Source: Gammaproteobacteria bacterium
GTDB lineage: Bacteria > Pseudomonadota > Gammaproteobacteria > Eutrophobiales > Eutrophobiaceae
Length of the DNA stretch: 64,000 bases
Assembly: GCA_965205405.1 (NCBI GenBank)
Contig: OZ242169.1
Span: 2,480,091-2,544,090 of the forward strand
Reading direction: 5' to 3'
Shown here in pieces: positions 59,048 through 64,000 of this stretch. The notes under the pieces were generated by a model, which did not search any database, had not been told where the DNA came from, and saw only the letters and a list, made by a program, of their open reading frames with translations. Made by a program: the position numbers and the translations under genes. Every line of letters starts with the position of its first letter. Within the stretch, counting starts at the first letter, position 1.

Positions 59048-59218
59048 TATTTTCTTCTCAGAATTTTAAAAGGGGTAATAGCAACTATGGAAAGTGAAAA
59101 AATATATTTATATATTGAATGTCTGTCAAGTGTTATTTGGTTACATAGTGGGGAAATATTCTACGAATATTATAAACACTAACTTTTTAGTCGGCGTAAC
59201 AGAATGTATGCCGTTTTT

Positions 59219-60544
59219 CTATAAGAACCTGCGTCGTAAGTCTAGCAACAGGCCCAGGAAAATCAAGCCGAATTCAAGCGGACGAACCCACAGTGGATGA
59301 GCGAACGGTTCCAGGTTGAAGTCGCCCAGGTTGAGCCCCGTGATATAGGAAAGGAGCAGCGCCCAGGAGGCTGTCCATGCCCAGAAACTGGGATAAACAA
59401 CGGCGAAGGGCAATAACCAGAGCGCATACCAGGGATTGATCACCGGAGCTGCGAACAGGAACAGACCGTAAACCCAGTCCCCCCGGGGGATCTCTCCCGG
59501 CGTTTCCCGGCGGTAGCGCAGCCAGTAGGCGCTGCCGAGCGCCAGCAGTCCACTACCCAATAACAGTTTTGCATCAGGATCGGAAAGCCATTGTGTCAGT
59601 ATACCGTACAGGGCAGAATTGAATTCCCAGCCCTGGGCAAACACGGCCAGGGAAGTTGTATCCGAACTTCCCTGAAGCAGGAACGGCAGATACAGCAGGG
59701 CGAGGAGGGCGCCAAAGGTAAGCCAGACGCGCAGGCTTGTACGCGCCAGGATAAACGGAACCAACAGCAGCGCCAGCATCTTGGTCCCGACTGCGAGGGC
59801 CAGGCAGGCTGCGGCGCTGCAGGCATATTCGCGCCGGCGCAGCAGAATGGCTGCAACGAGCAGGCAGGCGCCCATGCCGTCCGGATGGGCGGTAAAGGCG
59901 ATTTCCTTGATGACCAGCGGGCACCAGGCGTATAGCAGCACGTATCCCGCAGGAGCGGCCCACAGCAACAGCCGGATGAGCAGGATGTCGACACCGATGA
60001 ACAGCAGTTGCAGCGGGACCAGGCTGCCGGCTTTCAGGAAGTAGCTCAGCAGGAAGGCGTATTGGCTGGTAGGCCCGTAGATAGTGGACAAATCCGGGTA
60101 GTTGACTTGGTCCAGGATGCGTTGAAATTCGATCGGTACCCCGGGATCGCTGAAGGAATCCGCCGGCGCCCAACCGTAGGGCGTGCCGGTTTCGGCGAAA
60201 CGGTAACCATCCCACAGATAGCGGAACCAGTCGTCTTCGAACAGGGGTATGCCGAACAGCCCGCAGCAGCGAAATAATACCGCCCAGATGAGCAGGCGTC
60301 CTACGGGTAGAGTCCCGGGCTGATGCCGGAAACAGGAAAACACGACAAGCAGCGGCAGCGACACCCAGCCCAGCAACAGGAAAAAGCCCGGTAATTCCGG
60401 CGCCCAGGTCGTTCCGCGTGAATACCAGGCGAGTGCGGCATAGCCTGTCAGGCACACTAACCCGCAGACGTCGACGACCCTGTTGCGCCCCTGGTTGGTG
60501 AGTAAAATGTGAGCCTGCATATAATTTCCGGCGTACTTTTTCAC
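59219..60544 (-). CDS. Polytopic membrane protein with GT-C-like (PMT/ArnT/DUF2029-like) glycosyltransferase features
   Basis: 441 aa with more than 10 TM segments. The first periplasmic-loop acidic motif (FEDDWFRYLWDG) is reminiscent of GT-C enzymes. The overlapping antisense ORF 59574-60551 is a high-GC shadow. Confidence 0.5.
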   Translation of the reverse strand: MKKYAGNYMQAHILLTNQGRNRVVDVCGLVCLTGYAALAWYSRGTTWAPELPGFFLLLGWVSLPLLVVFSCFRHQPGTLPVGRLLIWAVLFRCCGLFGIPLFEDDWFRYLWDGYRFAETGTPYGWAPADSFSDPGVPIEFQRILDQVNYPDLSTIYGPTSQYAFLLSYFLKAGSLVPLQLLFIGVDILLIRLLLWAAPAGYVLLYAWCPLVIKEIAFTAHPDGMGACLLVAAILLRRREYACSAAACLALAVGTKMLALLLVPFILARTSLRVWLTFGALLALLYLPFLLQGSSDTTSLAVFAQGWEFNSALYGILTQWLSDPDAKLLLGSGLLALGSAYWLRYRRETPGEIPRGDWVYGLFLFAAPVINPWYALWLLPFAVVYPSFWAWTASWALLLSYITGLNLGDFNLEPFAHPLWVRPLEFGLIFLGLLLDLRRRFL

Positions 60545-60593
60545 TTGCCATTCTACATGGCAGAATTTATCCTGTTTACCTGAATAACCATCG

Positions 60594-60707
60594 ATATTTG
60601 GGGTCAGAGTAAAAATACTTCGATATTTGGGGTCAGAGTAAAAATACGTCTAATCCGGTAGATTGTGTTGCTGTACTATTAAGTATTTTTACTCTGACCC
60701 CAAATAT
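60594..60707. repeat. Family-A hairpin repeat copy 4, with a tandemly duplicated left arm (29-bp period)
   Basis: Left arms at 60594-60618 and 60623-60647, 35-bp unique spacer, right arm at 60683-60707. Flanked on both sides (3 bp away) by the direct repeat TGAATAACCA (60581-60590 and 60711-60720). Confidence 0.85.
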
Positions 60708-60741
60708 CTCTGAATAACCAGCGGGGTAAGGAGGAAACACA

Positions 60742-61626
60742 GTGGCATTAACCAGCGTCGAATCATTTCACAGCCCAACGGATATCCCTACCGTGGTGCA
60801 ACTGCTGCAGCGGCATGAGGACAGCGCCTTGATCATTGCCGGCGGCACTTTTCTGCACGGACTGGCTTCCCGGGGACTGCTTACGGGTATTGAGGCCCTG
60901 ATAGATATACAGAACCTGGGGCTGGATGACGTCAGCGTCGGCAACGATAACGTAGTGATCGGGGCTACTACCCGGTTGGCGCAACTGGAGGCAAATGCGG
61001 CGATACGGTCGGAAGCCTGGCTGGGCGCGGTAAAAGACGCCGTCACCTATCCACCGGTGCAGATCATGAATTCCGCGACGGTCGGCGGTTCCGTTGCCTC
61101 GGCTTGTCCCCTGTTTGATTTGCCGACCAGTTTCCTGGCATTGGACGGCGTGGTACAGGCTCACGGACCTGAGGGCAGCCGGGATATCCCTCTGGAGACA
61201 TTTTTTGCCGGCCTGTTTGAAAACAGCCTTGCTCCGGCTGAATTTGTCACGGCGATCAGCCTGCCGCGAGCGCCGTCGAACAGCGCCAGCGCGTTCATCA
61301 AGCTGGAAACCAACGCCAATGACCTGGCTATCGTGAATGTCGCAGTGGCATTGACACTGAAGAGTTCCGGCTTATGCAGCCAGGCCAGGGTGTTTGTCGG
61401 CGGAGGAACCGGTGAAACCCCGGTAAGAGCCGGATCGGCGGAAGAACTGCTTACCGGCGCCCGCCTGGATGAAGATGTGATCAGCGCTGCGGCTGCCGCA
61501 GCACAAACGGACGTGGACCCCATCTCCGACCACCGGGCATCGAAGGCGTATCGCTCGGCTATGGTCAAGGTGCTGACGGAGAAGGCCTTACGCAAGGCAA
61601 TAGCCAGGTTTACAGACGCAGGTTAA
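60742..61626 (+). CDS. FAD-binding medium subunit (CoxM-type) of a second Mo-hydroxylase
   Basis: 294 aa. ...DSALIIAGGTFLHG..., the FAD_binding_5 pattern. Paralog of the 53964-54839 protein. Confidence 0.8.
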   Translation: MALTSVESFHSPTDIPTVVQLLQRHEDSALIIAGGTFLHGLASRGLLTGIEALIDIQNLGLDDVSVGNDNVVIGATTRLAQLEANAAIRSEAWLGAVKDAVTYPPVQIMNSATVGGSVASACPLFDLPTSFLALDGVVQAHGPEGSRDIPLETFFAGLFENSLAPAEFVTAISLPRAPSNSASAFIKLETNANDLAIVNVAVALTLKSSGLCSQARVFVGGGTGETPVRAGSAEELLTGARLDEDVISAAAAAAQTDVDPISDHRASKAYRSAMVKVLTEKALRKAIARFTDAG

Positions 61627-61639
61627 CGGGAGAGACTGG

Positions 61640-62101
61640 ATGAAGCAGGTGATTCGGCTTGAGGTAAATAATGAGGTACATGAAATTGCGGTACACCCGT
61701 ATAGCAGTCTGTTGCAGACCTTGCGGGAAACGCTGGGATTGAACGGAGCCAAGCGCGGCTGTGATTCCGGCGGCTGCGGCTGTTGCACCGTCCTGATTGA
61801 TGGTAAAGCCGCCTATTCCTGCATGACCATGGCCATGCAGGTCGGAGCTCGGAAAGTGACTACCGTGGAGGGGCTGGGTGATGGCGCCGGCCTGGACCCC
61901 GTACAGCAGGCCTTTATCGATGCTGACGCGGTGCAGTGCGGTTACTGCACCTGCGGCATTATGATGGCCGCGAAACAGTTGCTGGCCGAGAACCCGCACC
62001 CTGACGAAGAGGCGATCCGTAAGGGAATATCCGGAAATCTGTGCCGCTGTACCGGTTACCAGAAAATTGTTGAGGCCGTGCAGATGGCGGCTGCGCGTTG
62101 A
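61640..62101 (+). CDS. [2Fe-2S]-binding small subunit (CoxS-type) of the second Mo-hydroxylase
   Basis: 153 aa. CDSGGCGCCTV and CGYCTCG...CRCTGY clusters. Confidence 0.85.
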   Translation: MKQVIRLEVNNEVHEIAVHPYSSLLQTLRETLGLNGAKRGCDSGGCGCCTVLIDGKAAYSCMTMAMQVGARKVTTVEGLGDGAGLDPVQQAFIDADAVQCGYCTCGIMMAAKQLLAENPHPDEEAIRKGISGNLCRCTGYQKIVEAVQMAAAR

Positions 62102-62115
62102 TGAATACAACAAGG

Positions 62116-62140
62116 GGACAGATTTGAAATCTGTCCCCGA
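62116..62140. repeat. Family-B 25-bp palindrome GGGGACAGATTT-G-AAATCTGTCCCC in the 52-bp spacer between the small- and large-subunit cistrons
   Basis: Perfect 12-bp arms. Identical arms to 26397-26421. Confidence 0.6.
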
Positions 62141-62153
62141 AGGGCATAACTAT

Positions 62154-64000
62154 GACACAGTTGAATGTTATCGGTAACAGCGTCGTCCGGCCGGACGCTT
62201 ATGACAAGGTCACGGGCGGCAAACACTATACGGTGAACTATAGCCTGCCCGGCATGTTGCACGGGAAAATGCTGCGCAGTCCCTATCCCCACGCGCGCAT
62301 AACCCGTATTGACACCAGTGAAGCCGCAAGATTGCCGGGGGTGAAGGCAGTGATCACGCCGGCGGACGTGCCGCAGAATTTTTTTACCCCCGTGTATTTT
62401 GTCCCTGCCCATGCCAAGAGCATGGTGCAGGATTTTGTCGTGATGAGCGACCGGGTGCGCTGGGCCGGTCAGCCCGTGGCGGCTGTCGCCGCGCTTACCC
62501 CGGAGATCGCAGAAGCTGCGCTGCAACTCATCGACGTGGAATATGAGGAACTGCCGGCCGTGTTTGATCCGGAACAGGCCATGCAGGACGGCGCGCCGCA
62601 GATCCACGACCATGCGCCGAATAATATTGCCAAGGCGCCGTCATTTAATTTTGGAGACCTGGAAGCCGGGTTTGCCGAGGCCGACCATATTTTTGAGGGC
62701 GTATACCAGACCCAGAGGGTACATACCTGTTACATGGAACCCCGGGTCTGCGTGGTGGATACTGAAACGGACGGCAGGATTACCGTCCATTCATCCATGC
62801 AGCATACTTTTGGCCTCAGGGAGAAAATGGCCGTTGCCCTGGGTATTCCCGAGAGCAGGGTAAACGTGGTCAAACCGGCTTATATCGGCGGTGGTTTCGG
62901 CGGTAAGCTGGATATCGGGCATCTTGAGCCGGTCGCGGCATTGTTGAGCCGCAAGGCGAGACGGCCGGTACGAATAGAACATACCCGCGGGGAGGACTTT
63001 ATCACGACTACCCGCAACCCGATCAAGGTGTTTCTCAAGACCGGCGTAAAGAACGACGGCAGCTATACGGCCCGTTACATCAAGAGTATTCTGGATGCAG
63101 GCGCTCACGCCACCCACGGTGCCGAGGTCATCATGGTGCATGGCCTGTACGGGACGTTCTTTCCATGGAAATGCCCGAACCAGACCTGGGAAGGATTCAC
63201 CGTCTATACCAATAACATCATCGGTGGCGGGTACCGCGGCTATGGCGCGCCCCAGGGCTGTTTCGCGGTGGAATCCCAGAATGATGAGATCTGTGAAAAG
63301 CTTGGCCTTGATCCTATCGAATTTCGTTCCCGTAACACCTGGAAGGAAGGCGACCCCCACCCCGTGTTGCAAGGTCATAAATTGAACAGCTATCGTCTGG
63401 ATGACTGCCTGAAACAGGGCGCCGAGCGCATCGGCTTCGACCGGCGCCGTCCCGCCGGAGCGGATGAAGGCAGGATAAAACGCGGTATCGGGTTTGCCTG
63501 TCATCCGCTCTGGGTGAGTGGCTGCCTGGGTTTCCCGGACATCTATGAACACTCGGGGGCGACGGTGAAACTGAATCGGGACGGGACTGCCGACGTGGTG
63601 TCGTCCTGTGTTGACCTTGGATCCGGCCAGATCACCATGTTGACCCAGGTTGTGGCGGAGGAACTGGGCTTATCGTCTGAAGCCGTCAAGATTGTTTATG
63701 CCGATACGGATACCGCGCCGTTTGATGCCCCCACTCACGCCAGCCGCGCTACCTACTCGGCAGGTCTGGGAGTCCAGGCAGCTGCAGTTGCGGTAAAGAA
63801 TCGCCTGTTTCAGGCGGCCGCCGCCATCATGGAGGCGAACCCCGAGGACCTATATCTTGAAGACGGTCAAATCCTGGTTAAAGGCGCGCCGGACTCCGGT
63901 GTAGCCATGACGGAAATCATCGCCCGGGCCGAATCACCGTTTATACAGATGACCGATACCGGTCCGCAGCCTACCAGCATCGCGGAAAAAGGCACTATCA
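62154..64000 (+). CDS. Molybdopterin-binding large subunit (CoxL/XDH family) of the second Mo-hydroxylase; partial, runs off the right edge
   Basis: ATG at 62154. MTQLNVIGNSVVRPDAYDKVTGGKHYTVNYSLPGMLHGKMLRSPYPHARI parallels the N-terminus of the 51197-53482 protein. The frame stays open to 64000. Confidence 0.8.

Noticed and set aside
59574-60551. 325-aa ORF overlapping the GT-C-like gene on the same strand in another frame. Similar long antisense or alternative-frame ORFs occur throughout 51200-63600, for example 52163-52957, 54761-55543, 56246-57028 and 62791-63552.
   Set aside because: These lie in high-GC DNA where stop codons are rare. They have Arg/Ala/Pro-rich low-complexity composition and no recognisable family. 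They are shadow ORFs of the annotated genes.
60594-60647. Two identical 25-bp direct repeats spaced by a 4-bp spacer (29-bp period): possible mini CRISPR array
   Set aside because: Only two units, and the spacer is too short. The repeat equals the left arm of the family-A inverted-repeat element whose right arm follows. No cas genes nearby. This is a tandem duplication of a hairpin arm, not a CRISPR.

Overview
This 64-kb window reads as a gammaproteobacterial chromosomal segment. The evidence for that is the xseA<->guaB-guaA divergent arrangement, lipB-lipA, and four TonB-dependent receptors. Composition is strongly mosaic. Housekeeping blocks at about 55-62% GC (ABC exporter, lipBA, xseA, guaBA, the acc-like/pxpABC cluster, Mo-hydroxylase operons) alternate with low-GC blocks at about 42-46% that carry accessory catabolic modules.

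The low-GC blocks are:
- 1-4100: TonB-dependent receptor, amidase-signature amidase, cytoplasmic AmiC-like sensor.
- 8830-24930: a taurine/sulfoacetaldehyde module (MocR/TauR-like regulator, adenosine-deaminase-like protein, pta, class-III aminotransferase, Xsc-like ThDP enzyme, and a decayed second copy of the MocR gene), followed by three VanA/TsaM-type Rieske oxygenases, two MFS transporters and a TonB-dependent receptor.
- 39800-49700: a MalT/LuxR-type (LAL) regulator, then hydantoinase-A-like protein, TonB-dependent receptor, CodB-like NCS1 permease and DUF917 protein.

The high-GC right end carries two paralogous three-subunit molybdenum hydroxylase operons (CoxMSL type). One is preceded by a NicX-like 2,5-dihydroxypyridine-dioxygenase-family gene and ends in a translationally coupled MoaD/ThiS-like GG-terminal protein. 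There is also an envelope glycosylation-like operon (GT2, OM beta-barrel, GT-C membrane protein, DUF547).

Two interspersed repeat families are visible directly in the sequence. One is an ~85-bp hairpin element with perfect 25-bp terminal inverted repeats (4 copies). The other is a 25-bp palindrome, GGGGACAGATTTnAAATCTGTCCCC (2 full copies plus a half-site).

Two conserved genes are interrupted by single-base frameshifts in homopolymer tracts: guaA in an A6 run and the biotin carboxylase in a T6C4 run.

All functional calls rest on motif and family recognition from the translated ORFs; no database searches were run.
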